The position numbers and the translations under genes were made by a program. A DNA stretch of 64,000 bases from a virus. Its lineage: Duplodnaviria > Caudoviricetes. Below the pieces are notes generated by a model, which worked only from the letters and a program-made list of their open reading frames with translations, searched no databases and had not been told where the DNA came from. Shown piece by piece: positions 38,749 through 47,791 of the stretch. Position 1 is the first letter of the stretch, and each line of letters begins with the position of its first letter. The stretch covers positions 10,053-74,052 of the IMG/VR virus record IMGVR_UViG_3300030330_005435; one strand, given 5' to 3'.

Positions 38749-39087
38749 TTATTTTTTGGTGCTAGTATTGGTAGTGCTCTTTTTTGTTTTTGTTTTGCTA
38801 TTGGTGCGCTTAACAGATGAGCGTTTTTTGGCCGTAGGCGTGGTTTTCTTGCTTTTAGTGGCCTGAACTGAAGTTGTGGTCACAGCATCGGTCTCAACGG
38901 TATCTTCAATTGCTTGCTTCGTTTCAACTGGCTGTTCGATTGTTGTTTTAATTACTTGTGTCGCTTCTTCTATAATTGTATCGTCAGTGGCTGTTGTTTG
39001 ATTTCGAACCGCTGCCAAACGCGGATGATTAGAATGTTTAGCTGCAAATTTAGCGCCTGATGATGTTAATCTTCGTTTTCTACCCAT
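38749..39087 (-). CDS. Lys/Thr-rich low-complexity protein
   Basis: Basic N- and C-termini (TKSKKTTPTAKKRSS); AGGAG SD. Confidence 0.7.
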   Translation of the reverse strand: MGRKRRLTSSGAKFAAKHSNHPRLAAVRNQTTATDDTIIEEATQVIKTTIEQPVETKQAIEDTVETDAVTTTSVQATKSKKTTPTAKKRSSVKRTNSKTKTKKSTTNTSTKK

Positions 39088-39112
39088 GATAACTCCTATT
39101 GTGGTATGTATG

Positions 39113-39119
39113 TAAATAG
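39113..39119 (-). promoter_or_regulatory. putative late promoter motif CTATTTA
   Basis: Intergenic, upstream of the 39087 start. Confidence 0.55.
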
Positions 39120-39210
39120 TTCAAAAAGTAAAAAACGAAAATCTCAAAAAATTGGCGGCGAAAAATTTTGGGAAATCGCCATTTTTGCTTTTTTGCTTGA
39201 AATAGCAAAA

Positions 39211-40593
39211 TTATATCGGTAAGTAACGATTGATTGCAAAGCAGTGTACTTTTGTGTTGCCAGTTCCATCAGTGTCGTCTGGGAATCCGTTTATCACCTT
39301 AACCCAGCCCGCAGAACCGCCTGAACCTGTGTGGGCTCCATTAAACTGATTTTCGCAAATGCTGCCTTTTGGATCGCCATCGGCTGAAACATACCAATTG
39401 CCTTCACCGTCCGTACCAACGTCATTGAGGTTGCCGTTTACGTGTTCACCGTTGCCGACGTCAGTTCTTGGTGTAACAATTATCAATCTGTCAGCCAATG
39501 CTGACGCCGAGCCATCAACATCGGCAAACATCATAGTTTCAGTATCGTGGAAAGCAACCCTGCCATTGGCGGCGACAGCTTTGTTTGTTGATGCAGCATT
39601 CATAATTGGGCTACCACTGGCGTCAGGGTATCTTCCGACACCCGCGCCAGATAATAAGACTTCTGTTCCCCAGCCTGCTTCACCATCGCTTGATGCAAAT
39701 GTTGATGTGTTGCTTCCTGGGGCAGCGCGGGCATGTATACGACCATCGGCGGGATCACTATCACCTTTTCTATATAGACATACGAGAGTGTCATTGGTAT
39801 AAACTAAATCTTGTATGTTTCCATTAGTGTATGCTCCAAAGGTGATATCAAAAGTACACTGCAGGGACCACGTTAGTCCATTGTCTGAAGATTTATACAA
39901 TTTATCTACCACACCAAACCACCAATTACCATTGCCATCTGTGGTTAGAGCAGTACAACTTCGATTACCTGTGGGCATCTCAGAAAGAGTGTCGATTATG
40001 ACGGGATCCCATGTGGCGCCGTCTACGGAACGAAAAATATACTTTTTTGTTTTTAGATCGCCAATACTCATCCACACATTATTGCCCCAAGCAACCGTAA
40101 GTTGTTTCACTTGTGTCTGGGGTCTAGCCGACGAAGTGAATGCGCTGCCAGTAGGATCTGCCCATTGACGGAAAGAGATTTGATTTGATCCGACGCCGCG
40201 GGAGCCTGAAACAAAATTTGCATCAGTTATTCGGTGTAGACTTTGTGTGTCTGCACCAGTTTTAAGAACCCACATTGGGTTACCGCTGCCATCCTTTCCG
40301 TATGCAATTTCTGAAATAGCTTTTCCAGAACCTGCAAATGGTCCAAATGGTTTTCTGATATCCGATGTGTCAGCATACCAAGCGCTTTTACTGCTTACGG
40401 AACCTGAAGCCGCCCAAGATAAATCGTAATCATCTAAACCAACATACATTCTCGACCAAGCAGTACTCGCGCTGCCTCCGCCACCTGTACAATATTCAAG
40501 ACCATTTATTGTGTTAATGCTTCCTTTAGTAGTGTCATTAACTAAAGTTATGCTGGTGCATGAAACACCATTATATGAAGAATATTTTGCCAT
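39211..40593 (-). CDS. virion protein with BNR/Asp-box repeats (beta-propeller, possible receptor binding)
   Basis: FRSVDGATWD and YKSSDNGLTWS Asp-boxes; Gly/Ser-rich. Confidence 0.7.
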   Translation of the reverse strand: MAKYSSYNGVSCTSITLVNDTTKGSINTINGLEYCTGGGGSASTAWSRMYVGLDDYDLSWAASGSVSSKSAWYADTSDIRKPFGPFAGSGKAISEIAYGKDGSGNPMWVLKTGADTQSLHRITDANFVSGSRGVGSNQISFRQWADPTGSAFTSSARPQTQVKQLTVAWGNNVWMSIGDLKTKKYIFRSVDGATWDPVIIDTLSEMPTGNRSCTALTTDGNGNWWFGVVDKLYKSSDNGLTWSLQCTFDITFGAYTNGNIQDLVYTNDTLVCLYRKGDSDPADGRIHARAAPGSNTSTFASSDGEAGWGTEVLLSGAGVGRYPDASGSPIMNAASTNKAVAANGRVAFHDTETMMFADVDGSASALADRLIIVTPRTDVGNGEHVNGNLNDVGTDGEGNWYVSADGDPKGSICENQFNGAHTGSGGSAGWVKVINGFPDDTDGTGNTKVHCFAINRYLPI

Positions 40594-41099
40594 TATTCTA
40601 TTACCATGTAATCAGGGCTTGGATTGAAATAAATAACGTTTTGTGTCGTTGAACAATTGCCAAGCACTCTTAAAATTTCTCCACTACCCGATGGTTTTGC
40701 TGTGGTAATACCACCGCTTGCTGTCAAATACACAGTTGCGCCTGCTGTAAACGTACCAGTAAGTTGTGTGGCGTAATCAAAAAAACCGCGCACAAGCATG
40801 CCATCACGCGACGGCAACGTACCCATAGCTGTTGCCAGCATACCTAAACCTCCAGAAACTTCGGCTGTAATTGAAGTTTCAAGCCAACTTGAGCCGCTGT
40901 GCAGGTAGTATGTCTTTCCTGCTGTAGTCGTGCCACTACCAAATGTAACTATTTCGCCGCGACCTCTATTGTTCTCCATTGCGCTTAAATAATAATCAAC
41001 TTTCACATCACTAAAAATAGTTCCATTCATGTCTATTCTTCTTTTTAATTGTTCGAGAAGCGTTTGAAAACGATCAAGCCCGATCCTTTTATATCCCAT
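40593..41099 (-). CDS. virion decoration/fibre-like protein
   Basis: Start MGYKRIGLDR with AGGAG SD; C-terminal GATVYLTASGGITTAKPSGSG..VLG motif typical of capsid cement/fibre proteins. Confidence 0.65.
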   Translation of the reverse strand: MGYKRIGLDRFQTLLEQLKRRIDMNGTIFSDVKVDYYLSAMENNRGRGEIVTFGSGTTTAGKTYYLHSGSSWLETSITAEVSGGLGMLATAMGTLPSRDGMLVRGFFDYATQLTGTFTAGATVYLTASGGITTAKPSGSGEILRVLGNCSTTQNVIYFNPSPDYMVIE

Positions 41100-41120
41100 G
41101 AGTATTTTCTCCTGTATATT

Positions 41121-41127
41121 TAAGTAG
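41121..41127 (-). promoter_or_regulatory. putative late promoter motif CTACTTA
   Basis: 21 nt upstream of ATG 41099. Confidence 0.55.
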
Positions 41128-41217
41128 TCTACACAAATACAACCGTAGTTCACAAAAAACAACGTTTTTCATACTAACATTTTATGGTGCTCTTTTTTAT
41201 TCATACCTTAAATAGTT

Positions 41218-41242
41218 AAAAACCCCCTTCCGAAGAAGGGGG
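41218..41242 (-). terminator. intrinsic terminator
   Basis: CCCCCTTC-TTCG-GAAGGGGG (C-UUCG-G tetraloop) followed by TTTTT. Confidence 0.9.
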
Positions 41243-41279
41243 AAAATCACAAGATTAATTTATAAAGTAAACTTTATTA

Positions 41280-41840
41280 TTAGAGCGTAGCCGCTAAGAC
41301 ATACTGTACACCTGAGCCAGCAGCGTCAGCGACACAGTCTTTTGCATCTTGCGGGTGAACAATTTTGAGATACCAATCAGTTCCATCACAAAGAGCGCTA
41401 ATTTGAGTACCGAATACGGTCTTCACATTAGTTGCATCGATAGTAATTTTGCTCGTCGAATTCAATGTTTCCTGAATACCAACAGCACCGTTGTTGCAGA
41501 CAATTGCACCTTCAAAATCAGAATCATTACCTGTGGTTTGAAGAACAATGTCTGCATCTGCATTTACCTGATCGTTAACAATTAAAAAATCAAAGGACAA
41601 GCCGGCCTGTGGCGATGGCATTGTCACCGTAATTGTTGTAGCAGTATTTGTAGATGGATCAAGTGTAATGAATGCACCCGATTCATTAGCCAAAAGTGAT
41701 CTGGCTGTTGTCGACGCATTTGTCAAGGTAATTGCCTTTCTTTTTGTACCGACAACCGTTGAGCCTTGCATAGCTAGCTCTCTTTTTAAATTTTCCATTA
41801 AGGCTTCCATTCTTGCAAGCCCTATTCTTTTACTTCCCAT
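41280..41840 (-). CDS. capsid-associated decoration/fibre-like protein
   Basis: Directly after the major capsid gene; N-terminus MGSKRIGLARM; C-terminal ISALCDGTDWY beta domain. Confidence 0.65.
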   Translation of the reverse strand: MGSKRIGLARMEALMENLKRELAMQGSTVVGTKRKAITLTNASTTARSLLANESGAFITLDPSTNTATTITVTMPSPQAGLSFDFLIVNDQVNADADIVLQTTGNDSDFEGAIVCNNGAVGIQETLNSTSKITIDATNVKTVFGTQISALCDGTDWYLKIVHPQDAKDCVADAAGSGVQYVLAATL

Positions 41841-41909
41841 GTTTAAAACCCTCCATTTGTAATCATGTCAAAAACACAATAGGAAAGACTACTATTATAG
41901 CCTTACCCA

Positions 41910-41916
41910 TAAATAG
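41910..41916 (-). promoter_or_regulatory. putative late promoter motif CTATTTA
   Basis: Just downstream of the capsid-gene terminator. Confidence 0.6.
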
Positions 41917-41924
41917 TTTCCTTT

Positions 41925-41959
41925 AAAACAAAGACCCCCGCCTTTTTCAAGGCGAGGGT
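41925..41959 (-). terminator. intrinsic terminator after the major capsid gene
   Basis: ACCCTCGCCTT-GAAA-AAGGCGGGGGT followed by CTTTGTTTT. Confidence 0.85.
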
Positions 41960-42013
41960 TTTGTGTTTAGTTTTGCTTAGGTTTTGTTTCCTAGTGTTAA
42001 CAAAAGTTAACTA

Positions 42014-43789
42014 TTAGCTAACAGCACCAGCTTCACCCAAGAGTCCGCGGACGACAACAAGACCGTACATATCAGGACGCACCATCTTCTTGGCATAGCG
42101 CGTCATGACTCCCTTACGGGGTACGAAGTCTTCTGGTCCGAAGATCGTAGGTGTAGTTTGCAGTGGTACGTATGGTGCGTACACATATCCACTTTCAAGG
42201 AAAGAGGAACCGCGACGACCAACCAGGATCACGTTGCGAAGGAAGTATGGGTCAACAATGACGTCAAACTTCTTGCTCAGAGAACCAACGTTCACAGCAC
42301 CAACTGAGCCAGTTTCATCGTCGTGAGTGACAGATGCACGGAACCCAGCGGTAAACTCAAGGATGTTCGCAACTTCAGGTCCGCAGACAAGGAAGTTAGC
42401 GCCACCACGAAGAGTCTTACGGTGGATCGCAGCAGAAACATCATTGATTGTCTCAATGAGGGTTTCATACCACTCAGACACGGTACCAGTGAAATCAGGA
42501 GCAGCAGAGCTAGCACCAATTTCAGCACCATTGACGTCTACAAACAGACCTGGAGCACGTGACCAATAACGAGTTGCAGCAGTTGCACCGTTAACAAGGT
42601 CAGCAAGAATCTCACGATCAATTTCGAGAGCGATCTGCTCAGAAAGAATCGAGGTCAACTCAACTTCGGCGTCAAGGTTGTGGTAAGCGTTAAGATCTTG
42701 TCCTAACTCTGGAGTCCACTTGGCCTTGAGCTTCTTGGTTTGAGCGGTAACAGCGATGCTGTCGACCTTGATGTCGATCTCAGGGATCAACTCAGATCCT
42801 TCCAGACCCCACGAAGACGTACCTATAACTGAACCAATAGCGTCAGACGCTTTAAAGTTATCAACAATTGGGAATTCAACCGCAAGGTTAAGTTCGCCGT
42901 CATTTGTGGACGTAGCAGAAGCATCTTGAGAAGTGTGATAATACAAGCGAGTATTCACACCACTGTTTTGACTTAAGCGACGAATTTGTGCTGTGTTAGC
43001 ACTGCTCAAGGTGACTCCACCCAATATAAGGTTCAAAGAATTAACTGATGCTGTAACAGCAGCAAGGTTTTCTTTGTCAAGTTGCGACAATAGACTATCA
43101 GCAAACTGAACTTGAATAACGTGTCCAGCAGTTGATGAAGCGCTGAGTGCAAGCAGATCAGGATCATATGCAATCAGCTTCTTTTGTGCAGCAGTAGAGC
43201 CCGTCAACGAGAACGTTGTGAACGAAATAGCTGACGAAGTAACATTCGCGGTGCTTTTTGGGCTTGCGTATGCATAACCACGTGCACCAGCGGTACGAGC
43301 ACCAGAGAAGTCTTCCTTAAGGGTACCCCCGATAAGGTCAACACCACCAGTAACTTGCGAAGCTACTTGATCGCCACCATAGATAGACTTATTAACTAAG
43401 TTACCCATTCTGCCGTCACTGTCGCCTAACGTAGTGGTTCCAAGATTTGGCGAATACACAAAATCCAGGAAGAAAATGAGTCCGCTTGGCAGGCTCATTG
43501 GTTGAACAGAAACAAGATCATTTGCGATTAGTCCTGCAAATACGCGACGAACAATTGGAAATGCGACAGCCGCGAAGCCCTCAACATCACCAGCAGACAT
43601 GCTGCTGCTCTCACGTAGTAATTCTTTTGCTTGGTTTTCAAGCAAGCGTGCCATTTGGCCCTTCTTGCGATCTCCATCGAGACCTTCAAGAAGTCCAGTC
43701 TTTTCCCACTTGGAAAGAAGAGCGGAGCCCTCTGCACGCATATCACGATTGACAACACCTTCGGTCAATCTATCGATAATACCAGCCAT
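42014..43789 (-). CDS. major capsid protein (T4 gp23-like)
   Basis: AFPIVRRVF, VSVQPMSLPSGLIFF, KKLKAKWTPELGQDL, EIDREIL, YAPYVPL, GVMTRYAK. Confidence 0.97.
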   Translation of the reverse strand: MAGIIDRLTEGVVNRDMRAEGSALLSKWEKTGLLEGLDGDRKKGQMARLLENQAKELLRESSSMSAGDVEGFAAVAFPIVRRVFAGLIANDLVSVQPMSLPSGLIFFLDFVYSPNLGTTTLGDSDGRMGNLVNKSIYGGDQVASQVTGGVDLIGGTLKEDFSGARTAGARGYAYASPKSTANVTSSAISFTTFSLTGSTAAQKKLIAYDPDLLALSASSTAGHVIQVQFADSLLSQLDKENLAAVTASVNSLNLILGGVTLSSANTAQIRRLSQNSGVNTRLYYHTSQDASATSTNDGELNLAVEFPIVDNFKASDAIGSVIGTSSWGLEGSELIPEIDIKVDSIAVTAQTKKLKAKWTPELGQDLNAYHNLDAEVELTSILSEQIALEIDREILADLVNGATAATRYWSRAPGLFVDVNGAEIGASSAAPDFTGTVSEWYETLIETINDVSAAIHRKTLRGGANFLVCGPEVANILEFTAGFRASVTHDDETGSVGAVNVGSLSKKFDVIVDPYFLRNVILVGRRGSSFLESGYVYAPYVPLQTTPTIFGPEDFVPRKGVMTRYAKKMVRPDMYGLVVVRGLLGEAGAVS

Positions 43790-43824
43790 TTTATAATTTC
43801 TCCTTTAATAATAATTAATGGTAT

Positions 43825-44919
43825 CTATTTGATACCTGCTAGTCTTTTCATCCTATCCGCAATTGGATCGGATGGTGTGCTCTCTTGACGAGTAGCACGA
43901 ATAACTGACGAACGTTTATTTCCAATAGCTTCGCTCAGTGATTGTGGGCTTCGCTTAGGCTTTGCCTCCACTGTGCTTTGAAGTGTCTCAAAGATTGTAC
44001 GTGCTTCAGTTACAGAACCAGCATTAGAAATTGCTTCGACAATCTTTTCTTTTTGTCGCTCATTAAAGGAGGTATTCCTAAGTACGCGGTTCGTATACAA
44101 CAAGCGAGCATTTGAAAGGTTTACATCTTGCAAGTTTTCTTGCAATTCTCCCAGTGCTCCCTCATATTGTGAAAGCTTTTCAGTAAGTTGTTTATTTTCA
44201 AAAACCAACTCTTCTTGTGCTTTCTTTAAGGTTTCCATATCCTCTTCTACGTCAGTAGAGCGTCTATGGGCCAATTCTTTTTCAATTTGATATGTCGTGT
44301 CTTCAGATGACCTGCCAGCCCAGCCAGCAAGTTCAGCTCCCATATCAACAGTAAGTTTTTCCATGATAGCGTCAACAAGCGCATCTGCGTCAAGTTCTTC
44401 TTCCATTTTAAGATCTTTATCTTCATCTGCTTCAGCCTCTGTTTCGTCAGCGCTTGCTTGTGCAGCAGAAGCGTCAACAGTCTCAGCTTCTTCGATCTCT
44501 TCTTTTTCATTCAATTCTTCATCGTCTTCAGAAAGAATTGCAGCTAAATCTTCTTCAGTCAACTCAATCTCTTCATCTTCATTTAACTCCGCATCCTCGT
44601 TTTCACTAAGTTCTGCTTCCAAAGCAGCAACAGCTTCTTGAAGCGCGTCAAGATCAATGTTGACAGGAACCTCTTCGCCCGATTCTTGCATCGCAGGGAT
44701 TTCGCCTTCTTCTTCTGACAAATTATCAGTTGCAGCAAGGGGAATGTTTTTAGCAACGTTACTGGGGGTAACGTCAGTTTCTTCTTGTTCTAATAATTGT
44801 TCTAAAGTTGCTTTTACTTCATCTGAGTATTTTTCAATAACTGAAGTTTCAGCGTTTTTAAGTGCAGACTCGCGCAATGCTTTAGCATCCACGATTGCTT
44901 CTTGTAATAAGCTTGACAT
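43825..44919 (-). CDS. prohead scaffold/core protein (gp22-like)
   Basis: Very acidic coiled coil directly upstream of the capsid gene; C-terminal RMKRLAGIK. Confidence 0.85.
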   Translation of the reverse strand: MSSLLQEAIVDAKALRESALKNAETSVIEKYSDEVKATLEQLLEQEETDVTPSNVAKNIPLAATDNLSEEEGEIPAMQESGEEVPVNIDLDALQEAVAALEAELSENEDAELNEDEEIELTEEDLAAILSEDDEELNEKEEIEEAETVDASAAQASADETEAEADEDKDLKMEEELDADALVDAIMEKLTVDMGAELAGWAGRSSEDTTYQIEKELAHRRSTDVEEDMETLKKAQEELVFENKQLTEKLSQYEGALGELQENLQDVNLSNARLLYTNRVLRNTSFNERQKEKIVEAISNAGSVTEARTIFETLQSTVEAKPKRSPQSLSEAIGNKRSSVIRATRQESTPSDPIADRMKRLAGIK

Positions 44920-44952
44920 TAATAGGGCTCCTAAAGTGGGAAATGTTCAAAA

Positions 44953-44959
44953 TAAATAG
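44953..44959 (-). promoter_or_regulatory. putative late promoter motif CTATTTA
   Basis: Intergenic, upstream of the scaffold-capsid genes. Confidence 0.6.
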
Positions 44960-44990
44960 TGCCAAGACTCACAAAAGGCCATTTTTGATA

Positions 44991-46499
44991 TTAGTTGCCA
45001 GAGCCACTTATAAATGCATTAAGCTGATCTAACTCCCAAACTGTTGTAACAATAGCCTGACCAGGAATGTTGTTGCTTGTGTCATCGCCAGACTTAAATC
45101 TTAGGCCAACCGCGGATCCTGTTCCAAACGACCAGCTTCCTGTTGTGTTTGTGCCCCCTAAAGTTCCGTCACCTGTTATTACATTTACTCCGCCAACATA
45201 ATTTCTTCCTGGCCAAGATGAAGCTGTGCAGTAAGATGTAGCAACAGCCGCGGCGTCTATAGTGCTGCCATTCAATTCATTGACATTGGCTACGAACAAT
45301 AACCATTCTGGTTGTCCATTTGCTGGGTTTTGAGTTGCCCCAGTAAAGTGATAAGTAATACTAATTAATCTTCCAGAGAAAGGTGATAACAAAGCATTTG
45401 TTCTGTCTAAAGTGTTAGAAACTCCGCCGGCGCCATTTAATGCCACATACCGTCCCGTTGCAGCTTGACCACCGCTTGTTAAATCAAATTGACTAACAAC
45501 TGTGTGCAGCATCCTGCCTCTTGTAGCGCCATCACCATCAATGGTAAAGGCTGGGTCAGCAGTATCACTTTTGACGCTTACTAATAAATCAGAATCAGAT
45601 CCACTAACATTAAATTTGCCACTCAAATGCACTCCGCCAATAGCAACTTTTCCAGATCCAGTCACTGCTAAAATAGTATCATGGCTTGGGCTTTTTATTA
45701 AAAGTGGTACATCTGAGTCTGTTCCCTTAATTTTAACCATAACGCCGGCGCCGACTTCTTCGGTTCCAACCTGCAATTTACCATTTTGAAGATCAAGCAA
45801 TGATAGTGCACCAGAAATTGCAGAACCTGTCATATTAGACATGTTGATATCGCCTGTAACAGTAAGACGATCACCATCAAATGTAAGGTTAGCTTCACCA
45901 TTAACTTGGCCACCGCCCAAAGAAGTAAATATTCGATCATTACCATCATTAGAAATACTAGTTACTGCTGGTGCTGCACCATTCGAAGCTGCAGTTAATC
46001 TACCTTGGGCATCAACTGTTAAAGAGGTGTAGGTATAACTACCTGCAGATACTGCGGTGTTATTTAATACAATATTTATTTGATCAGCTTCTGCGGTGGT
46101 TGTTGTAATCCCAGTGCCGCCAGAAACAAAAAGTGTATTGCTATCAGATATTGTTTGAGTGGGGCCCAAATTGCCTGACAGAATAAAACTTGACATAGCA
46201 GACGCGGGCGCAATACCACTTAAAGTGCTGCCATCTCCGTAAAATTTAGAACCTGAAATATTTAAAGAACTTGAAATATGAACTTCGTCAATTACGGTGC
46301 CCGCTGAATAAAAAGCTGAACCAGATACGTTACCAGAGGCAGATACATGGTTATTATTAACCTCTAAGCGAGTTACAGCACCAGTCCCTGTTTTTAATTT
46401 TATAGAATCGTTTTCAAAATCAATTTGTGTATCGTTCGGGTCGCCTTCAAACTGGATGTCGCCAGTGTGCTGATTACCTTTGTTGCTGTTGTATGCCAT
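44991..46499 (-). CDS. fibre-like virion protein
   Basis: MAYN start; Gly/Ser/Thr-rich shaft motifs (VSAGSYTYTSLTVDAQGRLTAAS, NGEANLTFDG). Confidence 0.7.
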   Translation of the reverse strand: MAYNSNKGNQHTGDIQFEGDPNDTQIDFENDSIKLKTGTGAVTRLEVNNNHVSASGNVSGSAFYSAGTVIDEVHISSSLNISGSKFYGDGSTLSGIAPASAMSSFILSGNLGPTQTISDSNTLFVSGGTGITTTTAEADQINIVLNNTAVSAGSYTYTSLTVDAQGRLTAASNGAAPAVTSISNDGNDRIFTSLGGGQVNGEANLTFDGDRLTVTGDINMSNMTGSAISGALSLLDLQNGKLQVGTEEVGAGVMVKIKGTDSDVPLLIKSPSHDTILAVTGSGKVAIGGVHLSGKFNVSGSDSDLLVSVKSDTADPAFTIDGDGATRGRMLHTVVSQFDLTSGGQAATGRYVALNGAGGVSNTLDRTNALLSPFSGRLISITYHFTGATQNPANGQPEWLLFVANVNELNGSTIDAAAVATSYCTASSWPGRNYVGGVNVITGDGTLGGTNTTGSWSFGTGSAVGLRFKSGDDTSNNIPGQAIVTTVWELDQLNAFISGSGN

Positions 46500-46521
46500 T
46501 AAGTGGTTTCTCCTGTACTAC

Positions 46522-46528
46522 TAAGTAG
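46522..46528 (-). promoter_or_regulatory. putative late promoter motif CTACTTA
   Basis: Upstream of the 46499 start. Confidence 0.55.
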
Positions 46529-46530
46529 AC

Positions 46531-47658
46531 TCAACTTCCCTTTGAACCTAAAATCCACCAGTTTTCGCCGTCAGACTGGAGTGTTCTTGACGAATAATTC
46601 ATTTTAATCTCCACTCTGTCGTTAATATCAATCGTTCCCTCATCACAAGAAATATAAACAAGATTTGAATTAAGCTTATATTTGTCTCTATTTGTTTTCT
46701 TAACAATTAAGATTCTACCGGTATGATTTTTAGCTGCTGGTAATTTAACATTTATGGTATTATCAGAAGCATCGCACAATATAGTATAATCGCTTGCTAA
46801 GACTTCGTACTGTTTTGATGTGATTTTTATAATACTATTGTAGACTGCTCCGTCGTTTACTAATTTTTGTTTTATTACGGCACAATTTGTATTTACCTTC
46901 CCGTTTATATCAAGAGTGTTTTTTGTGCTGTCATAAGATAGATTGTCGGATGATTCAAATTCTTTTTTGCCCTTAAATTGTATATTGCCAACAGCGCCGT
47001 GGGCGTGAGGAATTTTATTATTTATAAATGAATTATATAAATTTCCTAGTGTTGTGCATGCAGCCGTGTTGCGCGAAACATCTTGTATAATCAACAAATC
47101 TGCATCACTTAGGTTTTGACCTTCTGAATTAACTTGTATACAATTACCTGGGTTAAAATGTAATTTATTTGATGAGATTTGTAAACCTGATTGTGGTTTT
47201 ATGTTAATAGCAATACCATCTTCGTCGCATGTGATACCATCAGCCACTTTGATTTGCAATTCATCTCTTATGTTTTCAAGACCAAATCCATACATTATAT
47301 GCTGGGCGCCGATGGGTGACACAAATTGATTTGACGGTATGTTACTTAATTTTTCTGCGGAGCCTTCAACCACATGTGCAACTATTCTTTTTACATGAAG
47401 TGTTTCATTTTCATATCTAAAATTATAAGTTGCATTAGCTGTTTGATTTTTTCCCAATAGCAAAATACTATTTTCTGAACCGCCTTTTACTTTTTGGATT
47501 GCAACATCTTTTATTGTTGCGCAAGGGCTTTGAGCATCTGTATCGTAAAAAACGCTTGCACTAATTGTATTTTTGAAAATTTTAATTCCATTAATTTCTT
47601 GATCGCCGTGCTGGTCAACAGAACCTTCTATTGAACCTTTTAGGACATTATACGCCAT
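46531..47658 (-). CDS. fibre-like virion protein
   Basis: MAYN start; GAVGNIQF motif; C-terminal DYTILCDAS..VKLP..LQSDGENWWI domain. Confidence 0.7.
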   Translation of the reverse strand: MAYNVLKGSIEGSVDQHGDQEINGIKIFKNTISASVFYDTDAQSPCATIKDVAIQKVKGGSENSILLLGKNQTANATYNFRYENETLHVKRIVAHVVEGSAEKLSNIPSNQFVSPIGAQHIMYGFGLENIRDELQIKVADGITCDEDGIAINIKPQSGLQISSNKLHFNPGNCIQVNSEGQNLSDADLLIIQDVSRNTAACTTLGNLYNSFINNKIPHAHGAVGNIQFKGKKEFESSDNLSYDSTKNTLDINGKVNTNCAVIKQKLVNDGAVYNSIIKITSKQYEVLASDYTILCDASDNTINVKLPAAKNHTGRILIVKKTNRDKYKLNSNLVYISCDEGTIDINDRVEIKMNYSSRTLQSDGENWWILGSKGS

Positions 47659-47676
47659 ATTAATTCTCCAACACTA

Positions 47677-47683
47677 TAAATAG
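47677..47683 (-). promoter_or_regulatory. putative late promoter motif CTATTTA
   Basis: 18 nt upstream of the 47658 start. Confidence 0.6.
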
Positions 47684-47721
47684 GCCATTAATTTCATTTA
47701 TTCGACACATTGTATAACTAT

Positions 47722-47754
47722 AAAAAAAAGATGCCCCCTCATAAGAGGGAGCAC
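47722..47754 (-). terminator. intrinsic terminator
   Basis: GTGCTCCCTC-TTAT-GAGGGGGCAT followed by CT8. Confidence 0.85.
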
Positions 47755-47791
47755 CAAAGTTATTACAACTAAAGCTGTAAAGGGATAATGA

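Noticed and set aside
41162-41215. Tiny ORF MNKKEHHKMLV after the late motif at 41209
   Set aside because: Only 11 codons with no clear SD; cannot be supported
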